Positions 18,619-25,753 of a stretch of DNA of 44,135 nt are shown here, one piece after another. The stretch lies in the IMG/VR virus record IMGVR_UViG_3300045988_124156; one strand, given 5' to 3'. How positions within the stretch are numbered: the stretch's first letter is position 1; every line of letters starts with the position of its first letter. The notes under the pieces were generated by a model. The model had not been told where the DNA came from. It saw nothing but the letters and a program-made list of their open reading frames with translations, and did not search any database. The stretch is from a virus. Made by a program: the position numbers and the translations under genes.

Positions 18619-18880
18619 ACTACTTCAGGTACTAGCAATTGCGGTTGTCATCGCACCAATCACCACTGGTTTCACCGAAATCTTCAAACGATATACACCT
18701 GCAGAGGGCAAATTGCTACCCGTTCTATCAATTGGAACGGGTATTTTACTGGCCTGCGTTTGGGCGATGGCTTTTGACCATCTTCCCTTAATCGGTGCTT
18801 ATGCACTGGCAGGAATGCTGTCAGGGCTTGCATCTGTTGGCGTTTATCAAATTGTTAAGCCTAATCAGGAGGCTAAATAA
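18608..18880 (+). CDS. holin-like protein, 3 TM helices
   Basis: 90 aa with three hydrophobic helices and a charged C terminus, two genes upstream of the lysin. Confidence 0.65.
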   Translation: MQNELLQVLAIAVVIAPITTGFTEIFKRYTPAEGKLLPVLSIGTGILLACVWAMAFDHLPLIGAYALAGMLSGLASVGVYQIVKPNQEAK

Positions 18881-19153
18881 ATGAATGATGTCGAGTTTCG
18901 GAACCTATGTCAGCGTGTGGTTGCAGATTATGCAAATGAGCACATGGATAAAACAGATGGGGAAATTATCACACCGGATGATGTCTACATTGTTTGGTTA
19001 TGCAAAACACTCCAGAATTATAAGGCGATGGTCAGCACAAAATTTAGCGATGGCATGTATTACGAGCTGACGTTCAACGGCGATAAGCGCGAGTTGTACC
19101 TTGACGCGTACAAGAAGGTTGAAAATCGGGCAATTGAAGTGGAGGCAGAATAA
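18881..19153 (+). CDS. hypothetical protein between holin and lysin
   Basis: 90-aa ORF with TAAATG and TAATG junctions on both sides. Confidence 0.6.
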   Translation: MNDVEFRNLCQRVVADYANEHMDKTDGEIITPDDVYIVWLCKTLQNYKAMVSTKFSDGMYYELTFNGDKRELYLDAYKKVENRAIEVEAE

Positions 19154-20274
19154 TGGTTCTTCATGGGATTGATGTAGCATCATATCAGCAGGGCATCGGA
19201 ATCAGTAACATGTCGGCTGACTTTGTGATCGTGAAAGCGACTGAGGGAACTAGCTACTTGAATCCGGCGTTTGCTGATCAAGTCAGCCAGACGCTGAACT
19301 CAGGCAAATTACTGGGCGTATATCACTTTGCAAGCGGTGGCAACGTTCAGAATGAAGCTGACTACTTTTTGAGCAAGGTCGGTGCATATGTTGGCCGCGC
19401 GGTACTGGTGCTCGACTTTGAAGGCCCCGCAGTCAACCAAGGGGTTGGCTGGGCAAAGCAGTGGCTGGATTATGTCAAAGCAAAGACCGGCGTGGCACCG
19501 ATGATCTATATGGGTCTGTCGGACGAGAATAAGCTAAACTGGTCAAGCGTTGCCAGCACGTATGGCTTATGGGTTGCTCAATACAACAATTACAATCCTG
19601 TTTCTGGCTACCAGCCACGTGATATGTATGGCAGCACAAAGAATTGGCCGGATCCGGCGATCTTCCAATACACCTCGGTTGGTCATTTGCCTGGCTGGGC
19701 CGGAAATCTTGATTTAAATGTCTTTTATGGTGATCGTGCAGCATGGGCTGCATATGCCGGCAAGGGGGCCAACCCGGTGCCAACGCCATCAGTTCCGCAG
19801 AAGCCGGTTAGCAACGTGCATGTTTTCTATGCACTCCGGTTGCGCAATGGCGGTTGGCTTGATGAAGTCACTGACTTTGGTTCTGGTGACAATGGATTTG
19901 CAGGATTGCCTAATCACCAGCATGATCTGCTTTACATCAAAGTTGATCATGGCAGTGTTAAGTATCGTGTTCATACGGTCAAGAGTGGTTGGCTACCTTG
20001 GGTAACCAAAGGTGATCGTAATGATACGGTTAACGGCTGTGCCGGTATTGCTGGTGAAGCGATTGATGGAGTCCAGATCATCTTTCTTACTCCTGCTGGT
20101 GAGATGTACCAGCAAGCATATTACCGCAGTCAGACGACACAACGGGCTGGCTGGCTTGGCATTGTGTGCGATGATGGCACTAGTTTGCCACAGTACACAG
20201 ACACATATGCCGGCATGTTTGGAGAACCTCTTGACCGCTTGCAAATCGGTATCAGTTCGATCAATCCATTTTAA
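19153..20274 (+). CDS. endolysin: N-terminal GH25 muramidase plus C-terminal repeated cell-wall-binding region
   Basis: GIDVASYQQGI...FVIVKATEGTSYLNPAF...GVYHF is the GH25 signature. The C-terminal half has three related GW-containing modules (GGWLDEV, SGWLPWV, AGWLGIV). Confidence 0.85.
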   Translation: MVLHGIDVASYQQGIGISNMSADFVIVKATEGTSYLNPAFADQVSQTLNSGKLLGVYHFASGGNVQNEADYFLSKVGAYVGRAVLVLDFEGPAVNQGVGWAKQWLDYVKAKTGVAPMIYMGLSDENKLNWSSVASTYGLWVAQYNNYNPVSGYQPRDMYGSTKNWPDPAIFQYTSVGHLPGWAGNLDLNVFYGDRAAWAAYAGKGANPVPTPSVPQKPVSNVHVFYALRLRNGGWLDEVTDFGSGDNGFAGLPNHQHDLLYIKVDHGSVKYRVHTVKSGWLPWVTKGDRNDTVNGCAGIAGEAIDGVQIIFLTPAGEMYQQAYYRSQTTQRAGWLGIVCDDGTSLPQYTDTYAGMFGEPLDRLQIGISSINPF

Positions 20275-20287
20275 GCACATTACAAAA

Positions 20288-20326
20288 AAGTCCTCTGCTC
20301 GCTAACGCGGGTGGAGGGCTTTTTTA
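20288..20326 (+). terminator. rho-independent terminator after the lysin
   Basis: AAGTCCTCTGCTC...GGTGGAGGGCTT stem followed by TTTTTAT. Confidence 0.75.
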
Positions 20327-20442
20327 TTGAATATCAAAAGGTTGACTAGATTGAACAGCGGTTATTTAAACTTTTTAGAACAGCCGTTAACTCCATTTGC
20401 ATAATACTGTTTTTTTATATCAAAGTTTATTATAATAAAGGT

Positions 20443-21126
20443 ATGAATACAAAAGCTGTTAAGGTCGCTGGACTCTCCAATGATACTATTTTAGATATTA
20501 GTATGGCGCTAATAAACGACATGGGGTTAAACAAAACCGACAACAAGTACTTGATTAAGCTTCATAAGGATAGTGACCAGATTTTATTAGATTTGTTGAG
20601 TGACGGTAATACTTTAAAAACTTTGTCTTTAGCTATTGCTTCGGGGCCATTAATACTGAATACGGAAGCAATGAAAGTAATTAATGCTCAGGCTGAGAAG
20701 ATGTTTCGTGAAGATACTATCTACGGTATTAAGGACAGTACAGGAGCAGACCGTATTATTGGCTCAATTCAAAATAGCTATGATGGCAATGATTTTTTTC
20801 CGGGTGTCATTAAAAAGGCAACTGCTTATTGGTTTAAGTTTGCTACTAGTCAAATGTTTTTTAATGGAAATAAACGGACTGCGTTGATGTCGGGCCTTTA
20901 TTTCTTAGCTGTGAATGGCTTTTCTTGGCCTAACATTAATGGCAATGAGCTTTATTCAATAACTGTTGCGGTTGCGAATAAAGACATAAGCCAGTCGGAG
21001 CTTGAATCTTATATTAGAGGGAAAACTGGCCTTCAATATTTTTCTACGCCTAAGCAAGCACTAGATAATAGCACCGCGACACTTAAGTTTCATTTTACAA
21101 TTGACAATCCGAATATTAATCCTTAA
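20443..21126 (+). CDS. Doc/Fic-fold protein with N-terminal extension; catalytic-motif His replaced by Gln
   Basis: Residues ~95-200 read colinearly with P1 Doc as recalled (KDSTGADRIIGSIQ...; ATSQMFFNGNKRTALMSGLYFLAVNG vs ...GHIFNDANKRTALNSALLFLRRNG). AT-rich compared with flanking genes. Confidence 0.65.
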   Translation: MNTKAVKVAGLSNDTILDISMALINDMGLNKTDNKYLIKLHKDSDQILLDLLSDGNTLKTLSLAIASGPLILNTEAMKVINAQAEKMFREDTIYGIKDSTGADRIIGSIQNSYDGNDFFPGVIKKATAYWFKFATSQMFFNGNKRTALMSGLYFLAVNGFSWPNINGNELYSITVAVANKDISQSELESYIRGKTGLQYFSTPKQALDNSTATLKFHFTIDNPNINP

Positions 21127-21156
21127 TATACAGTCACAGGATAAGGAGGCTGAATC

Positions 21157-21330
21157 ATGTCCATTAAACTTGAAAAAACCGACTTTGACTTTGCATCTGT
21201 TTATGCGAATGAGCAGTGTGCAAACAAAACCGCCAAGGAAGTTCCGGCATGGCAAGTTAAAAAAGATATCGATAACTTATTGAAAAACGATCAAATTAAA
21301 ACAGCGGTTACTTTGCTTGCATCTGTTTAA
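21157..21330 (+). CDS. 57-aa hypothetical protein, partner ORF of the Doc-like gene
   Basis: ATG 7 nt after AAGGAGG. MSIKLEKTDFDFASVYANEQCANKTAKEVPAWQVKKDIDNLLKNDQIKTAVTLLASV. Below the track cutoff. Followed by a terminator. Confidence 0.55.
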   Translation: MSIKLEKTDFDFASVYANEQCANKTAKEVPAWQVKKDIDNLLKNDQIKTAVTLLASV

Positions 21331-21338
21331 CATTAAAT

Positions 21339-21375
21339 AAGTCTCCTACCAGCAATGGCGGGAGGCTTATTTTTG
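21339..21375 (+). terminator. rho-independent terminator closing the moron cassette
   Basis: AAGTCTCCTACC-AGCAAT-GGCGGGAGGCTT stem followed by ATTTTTG. Confidence 0.75.
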
Positions 21376-21491
21376 TGCATAAAGTTGACAGAATCGCCCC
21401 AAAAAGGCAAAAGGTTTATATACGCCGGCTTAGGTAACTTATTATGAGCAAATTGTTTGCATACGCAGCATGACCATGCGATACTGACGGT

Positions 21492-21684
21492 GAAGGAGAA
21501 AAACTCCAATAGTTAGGAGTAAAAAGCTCCTTAGGAGTTGGCAAGCTAAGCTGCTACCCACCCAAAAAATAATTCGCGCATACGAACTGTATACTATTAG
21601 GAATCTGCCTCCCCTCGGCGGGCCTTTCCGATTAAAACAATTCCTTGCCAACTCCGCCCCGTTCCAACTGTGGACGGGGTTTTG
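21492..21684 (+). ncRNA. candidate structured RNA (or phage-borne 3' end of the host target gene)
   Basis: Promoter-like TTGCAT-17-GATACT at 21457..21485. A 12-bp long-range helix (GGAGTTGGCAAG 21534..21545 with CTTGCCAACTCC 21644..21655) is immediately followed by a terminator. Confidence 0.3.
21657..21684 (+). terminator. rho-independent terminator in the attP region
   Basis: CCCCGT(T)CC-AACTGT-GGACGGGG followed by TTTTG. Confidence 0.65.
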
Positions 21685-21699
21685 CATTCATTTTGTTGA

Positions 21700-21718
21700 T
21701 GTGCACACAATGTGCACA
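21700..21718. repeat. pair of TGTGCACA boxes 11 bp apart (candidate Int arm or repressor sites)
   Basis: TGTGCACACAATGTGCACA. Confidence 0.5.
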
Positions 21719-21870
21719 AAATGTTATTAAAGCCTATTAAATAGGGATCTAGTTTCGCCCTTACTCTCCGTTTTTATGCTTCTAGATGCTTTCTATAGCT
21801 TCCCGTAATGCTGGTATAAAGGCATTTCGGGATTTTTGTTTCCTTTTATTTTCGGTTGTTTTTTGACTCC

Positions 21871-21889
21871 GGTGCACAAAATGTGCACA
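21871..21889. repeat. second pair of (G/T)GTGCACA boxes 11 bp apart, abutting the int stop codon
   Basis: GGTGCACAAAATGTGCACA. Confidence 0.5.
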
Positions 21890-21891
21890 AG

Positions 21892-23022
21892 CTAAAGTCT
21901 CGAAAGTGCTTGTAGTGTCTGAGATACCTGCTCTTTTCTTTGATCTTCAAGAAGATGAGCGTAGACTTTTTGAGTGATCATTGTATTGGCATGCCCAAGT
22001 CTTTTTGAAATATAGTTAATGTCAACGTGATTGGCAATCAAATAGGAAACGTGAGTGTGTCTAAGCCCATGGAAAGTAATCGCGGGGGAAATGTCGAGAG
22101 TCTTCTCGATCGTCCTTAGATCCTTATTAATTGCCGTGCTCGATAGCATGTTATGCCGTATGCTGCGAAATAATAGTTGTTTGCTATCACGATATCCCTG
22201 AGCAAGGTAGACCTCTTGCTGTTCTTTCTTGAGACGTAAAAGCAAGTCTGCAAGTTCTCTCGTGATGTCGATGTCACGTACACTTGATTTGTTCTTAGTA
22301 GCAGCAAAGCCGCTGCCATATCTGTGATCCCACGTTCTGGTAATGTGCACAACGCGCTTTTTAAGATCAACATGATCCCACGTTAGCCCAAGAACTTCAG
22401 AATACCTAGCTCCGGTCAGTGCCCCAGTTGCGATGATGTAGTAAGCAATATGCTCGTAGTCTGCAAATTCTAGGCAGTAATTGACGAGCTTGCGCAAATC
22501 CTTTACTTGCAAATATTTGATGATTCCTGCTTGGCCTTCATTACCAGTGAGGACAACGTTATGAGTGAAGTTAGTATATATTATTTGGTCATCGACGGCA
22601 GAATCAGCCATTGAGCGAACATAGCCATTCAATTTGCTGACTGTATCTTTAGCCCTTTTTTTGCCAAACTCATTGATAAACTCCTGCCAGTCTGATTTTG
22701 AAATTGATTTTAGTTCACGGCTTTCGCCCCAGTAGGCTAATAACTGTTTACGAATTGTTTTATACCGGGCTTCGGTGATACGAGAATGCTTACCAGATTT
22801 GTACAGCTCAATCCATTTGTCCCAGTAGTCGATTAACGTTATCTTGTTAAGATCCAAATTTGCACCGCGATTATGCTGACGTTCGACTTCGACTGCCGCT
22901 ATATCAGCAGCTTTTTTTGAGGGGAAGCCACCCTTGTTGACATACTTGCGTGTTCCATCATTATCCTTGTAAGAGACACGATATTGCCATTTTTTGCCAC
23001 GTTTACTAATGCTGGCCATCAT
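21892..23022 (-). CDS. int: tyrosine integrase
   Basis: 376 aa with SAM-like N-terminal domain. ARYSEVLGLTW, HGLRHTHVSY and LGHANTMITQKVYAH match the R..HxxR..Y catalytic signature. Confidence 0.92.
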   Translation of the reverse strand: MMASISKRGKKWQYRVSYKDNDGTRKYVNKGGFPSKKAADIAAVEVERQHNRGANLDLNKITLIDYWDKWIELYKSGKHSRITEARYKTIRKQLLAYWGESRELKSISKSDWQEFINEFGKKRAKDTVSKLNGYVRSMADSAVDDQIIYTNFTHNVVLTGNEGQAGIIKYLQVKDLRKLVNYCLEFADYEHIAYYIIATGALTGARYSEVLGLTWDHVDLKKRVVHITRTWDHRYGSGFAATKNKSSVRDIDITRELADLLLRLKKEQQEVYLAQGYRDSKQLLFRSIRHNMLSSTAINKDLRTIEKTLDISPAITFHGLRHTHVSYLIANHVDINYISKRLGHANTMITQKVYAHLLEDQRKEQVSQTLQALSRL

Positions 23023-23088
23023 TTACACCTCCTTGTGCTATAATTCAGACGGGTGCTATTGCACCCACCATACAGTCACGTTCTTTTT

Positions 23089-23123
23089 AGCGTCTACCCA
23101 TTCGGTGGGGTAGGCGCTTTTTG
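23089..23123 (+). terminator. hairpin plus T-run oriented on the plus strand between two minus-strand genes
   Basis: AGCGTCTACCC-ATTCGGT-GGGGTAGGCGCT followed by TTTTTG. The complementary strand lacks a U-tract. Confidence 0.45.
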
Positions 23124-23126
23124 TCG

Positions 23127-23390
23127 TTACTTTCTCCTACTTGCTTTTTTCTTGTTAAGCGCCTCGTTTACGTTACTGAGTGGAATATCTTTGATGAATC
23201 GTTTCTCTCTAATTCTAGAAAAGGGGACAACGATCTTGTAATTTAGTTCTGCTTTTTCTTTATCACTGAAGACTTCGGTGTTTGAAATGTCTAGGAGAAC
23301 TGAGTGCTCATATTTTTTGATAGGTTCTCCTTCGAAGTTTTTCCAGCTTTTTTCGCCAAACTTATAAGAGATTACTGTAATTGTTTTCAT
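23127..23390 (-). CDS. hypothetical 87-aa protein (lysogeny-module cargo)
   Basis: ORF with GGAGG RBS, Lys-rich C terminus, AT-rich. Confidence 0.6.
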   Translation of the reverse strand: MKTITVISYKFGEKSWKNFEGEPIKKYEHSVLLDISNTEVFSDKEKAELNYKIVVPFSRIREKRFIKDIPLSNVNEALNKKKASRRK

Positions 23391-23487
23391 AGATGATACC
23401 TCCTATAAGGAGAATGAGTTGTGAAAAAATAAGTTAGAGAAAACAAAAGCCCACGTTGCTGTGAGCCTGAAATGAACCTTGCCTTGA

Positions 23488-23745
23488 CTAAAAAAGAATC
23501 AGCTTAATGAGGCCTCCAACAATGGCAACAACAATGGCCCATGCCAAAGCCCGTGTTGTCGACTCTTTTTCAGATAAAACAGCAGTAGTAGTTTTTAGTT
23601 CATCGAGTCCGTCAGCTTTGATTGAAATTGCATTAACCGATTTTGTTAGTGCGTCAATCTTTAAGTTGATAATATCAAGCTTGTGATTAGCGTCTTGCTC
23701 TGCAAACTTTAATTGATCTTGAGTCACGGTATTTTCATTTGTCAT
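23488..23745 (-). CDS. XhlA-like C-terminally membrane-anchored coiled-coil protein
   Basis: 85 aa with AAGGAGG RBS. N-terminal coiled coil, C-terminal TM ALAWAIVVAIVGGLIKLILF; architecture like XhlA-family proteins. Confidence 0.55.
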   Translation of the reverse strand: MTNENTVTQDQLKFAEQDANHKLDIINLKIDALTKSVNAISIKADGLDELKTTTAVLSEKESTTRALAWAIVVAIVGGLIKLILF

Positions 23746-23979
23746 GTTATCCGCCTCCTTGGTTTTATTATACTCTGTTTTGCTTTTACCCGATGCCGTC
23801 GAGGATCGATATTCCTTGGTTAAACAATCCTAGACAGTAAGTGCAGCCTTTCAATATAGTCTGAAGGCAATTCAACTGTAATTACTAATCAGTAAATGCG
23901 CACGGTTATTATTATTTATTAAGGGAGCCAGCCCCACTCTCCGGCTTGCACGGGGACGCCGCTTGCGTGGGGGAAGGGA

Positions 23980-24612
23980 CTAATTGACTTGTGCAGAAAA
24001 AACAAACGGGGTTTCCTGATTATCCATTTTGAATTCAATTTGCACTTTGTCTCCAGCTTTTATAGGCTGAGAAAAGTTTGCCCAAAAAGTAGTATTAGAT
24101 GAACGCCCAATTGAAACGCTGTCTTGTCCCTCTTGCTGATTGACAATCGTGGCTGCTACGTTGTCAGGACCGTAAACTGTGAAATACTGTAGGCTAGGTA
24201 GAAAGCCCTCATCGTCAGCATAATTAATGTAATTGAATGTGAATTGCACAGATTTCTCATTAGAGATTGAAAGAGACTGCACATCACTGTTAACTAGTGA
24301 TTGTCCATGATCATCGAAAGTCTTTGTCGCAGAAGTTAGCTTCAAGCCAAAATACTTTTTGTCATTCAGCGCCGCGATTGCTTCCTCGTTAATCCCAAAT
24401 GTTTTTGTTTCTTGTTCCGCGCTTGAAGAGCCTTCAGATTCGTTACTATTAGATTTTTCTTCTTTTAGTTGCGACTTTAGTGATGCGATATCTTTTTTAA
24501 GAGATGAAATTTTTGAGCCATCTTTTGATGAAGACTGGCTCGTGGTACTACTACATGATGCGAGCAGCAAAGCAGACATCAGTGAAAACCCAACTAACAG
24601 AGACTTTTTCAT
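23980..24612 (-). CDS. prophage lipoprotein (candidate superinfection-exclusion type)
   Basis: ATG 24612 follows GGAGGG. Signal peptide plus lipobox MKKSLLVGFSLMSALLLASC, Ser-rich linker, beta-rich C-terminal domain. Confidence 0.75.
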   Translation of the reverse strand: MKKSLLVGFSLMSALLLASCSSTTSQSSSKDGSKISSLKKDIASLKSQLKEEKSNSNESEGSSSAEQETKTFGINEEAIAALNDKKYFGLKLTSATKTFDDHGQSLVNSDVQSLSISNEKSVQFTFNYINYADDEGFLPSLQYFTVYGPDNVAATIVNQQEGQDSVSIGRSSNTTFWANFSQPIKAGDKVQIEFKMDNQETPFVFSAQVN

Positions 24613-24671
24613 AGTTAATCCCTCCAAAAAATTCAGCTTTTAACGTCGGTCAGGGTTTGGACGTATTATTT

Positions 24672-25346
24672 TTATAAAACTACCGTGTATACGACAACCC
24701 TGCCAATGATCTTGATGTTCTCTTCTTCAAGGTCTTCATAGGTGTACATGATGGGGCTAAATCTTTTGTCAGTTGAATCCGGAATGAAGGTAACAATCTG
24801 CTTTTGACGATCATTATAGAAATATTTGACTGCGTAGTCACCATCATCTGCAAAGACAACTATGTCGCCGTCTTTAAGGTCTTGAATGTCGTTGTACTGT
24901 TTGACTGCTATTAAAGAGCCATCAGGAATTGTTTGGTTCATTGATTCGCCGTTTATATGCATCATTAATATGCTACTGTCTCCGGCATATCTTCCCATAA
25001 CACTATCTGGCAGTTGAATCGTTTCAATGTCATCGGAAGTTAGCGGATCGACATTGCACAAGATTCCAGCCGATATCTCAGCGGGAATGTATGGATAAGA
25101 GTGAACATTTAGTTTTTTGACTTTAAAAGGATCTACAGGACAAACTCCTATTAGGCTTTCCGGAGTTGTGTGTAAAGCACTTGCAAATTTATCAACATAG
25201 TTTAATGGAAACTCACGCGTTCCATTGAAGTAGCGAGACACAGACGATTTTGCCATGTCAACACGGCGTGCTAGTTCACTGATTGAAATCCCTTCACGGT
25301 TGCGAAGATCATTCAAAGTCTTGATTATTTCATCATTTGTTTTCAT
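24672..25346 (-). CDS. cI: CI-like repressor (XRE HTH plus S24 LexA-like autopeptidase)
   Basis: ATG 25346 follows GAGGTGA. HTH ISISELARRVDMAKSSVSRYFNG; S24 motif NGESM. The longer track ORF (to 25457) has no RBS. Confidence 0.88.
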   Translation of the reverse strand: MKTNDEIIKTLNDLRNREGISISELARRVDMAKSSVSRYFNGTREFPLNYVDKFASALHTTPESLIGVCPVDPFKVKKLNVHSYPYIPAEISAGILCNVDPLTSDDIETIQLPDSVMGRYAGDSSILMMHINGESMNQTIPDGSLIAVKQYNDIQDLKDGDIVVFADDGDYAVKYFYNDRQKQIVTFIPDSTDKRFSPIMYTYEDLEEENIKIIGRVVVYTVVL

Positions 25347-25375
25347 GTATCTCACCTCAAGAATGATTTTAACAC

Positions 25376-25482
25376 CGTTCCCGATTGTGCACAATAGGGG
25401 CACCAAAAAACAATATCTGAATATTTTTTTGAAATAATCGTTGACACATGGGAACACTGATGATATTCTTTAGATGTTCCCA
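25376..25482. promoter_or_regulatory. genetic-switch operator region
   Basis: Perfect 12-bp palindrome ATTGTGCACAAT (25384..25395). GTTCCC/GGGAAC half-sites at 25377, 25450 and 25476, with TGGGAACA (25449..25456) and TGTTCCCA (25475..25482) bracketing the -10 of the rightward promoter. Confidence 0.5.
25441..25469 (+). promoter_or_regulatory. early rightward promoter (cro side)
   Basis: TTGACA, 17 nt spacer, TATTCT, located 39 nt upstream of the cro ATG. Confidence 0.65.
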
Positions 25483-25507
25483 AAAGGAAACGAAAGGAGG
25501 CAATACA

Positions 25508-25753
25508 ATGACACTAAATTTAAAACGTCTTCGCGCTGAACGCATCGCAAAAGGAATGAACCAAGATGAAATGGCGAAAGCTATGGGATGGCATACCCGC
25601 TCTTCGTACGCTAAGCGTGAGAACGGCATTACAACAATTAGCGCTACCGAATTAGTAAAAATGGCAAGCATTTTGGGATACGGCGCCAATCAACTGGATC
25701 TTTTTTTTACGGATAACGTTCCCAATAAAGAACGAAAGGGGATGACAGTATGA
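25508..25753 (+). CDS. cro: Cro-like XRE HTH regulator
   Basis: ATG 25508 follows AAAGGAGG. 81 aa, divergent from cI; GMNQDEMAKAMGWHTRSSYAKRENG is the HTH. Confidence 0.8.
   Translation: MTLNLKRLRAERIAKGMNQDEMAKAMGWHTRSSYAKRENGITTISATELVKMASILGYGANQLDLFFTDNVPNKERKGMTV

Larger units (their letters stand above)
21377..21891. other. attP region (ORF-free segment downstream of int)
   Basis: 515 bp without a credible ORF, adjacent to the integrase 3' end, containing paired direct repeats. The core cannot be located without the host attB. Confidence 0.6.

Noticed and set aside
21531-21542. 12-mer TTAGGAGTTGGC shared between 21531 and 38662
   Set aside because: Dozens of 12-mer coincidences are expected by chance in 44 kb, and the flanks are not similar.
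21534-21684. Riboswitch interpretation of the closing helix plus terminator
   Set aside because: No gene lies downstream on the same strand (int is antiparallel), and I recognise no known aptamer consensus in the enclosed 98 nt.
21442-21687. 81-aa minus-strand ORF in the attP region
   Set aside because: It has no RBS, runs through the terminator hairpin and the 12-bp helix, and has an odd composition. The region is better explained as attP or structured RNA.
24672-25457. Extended N termini given by the ORF track for cI (to 25457), cro (from 25448), the helicase (from 29287), VRR-NUC (from 34144), the chaperone (from 7653) and others
   Set aside because: The extensions lack ribosome-binding sites and overlap promoters or upstream genes. 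Internal ATG/GTG codons with good SD spacing were used instead.
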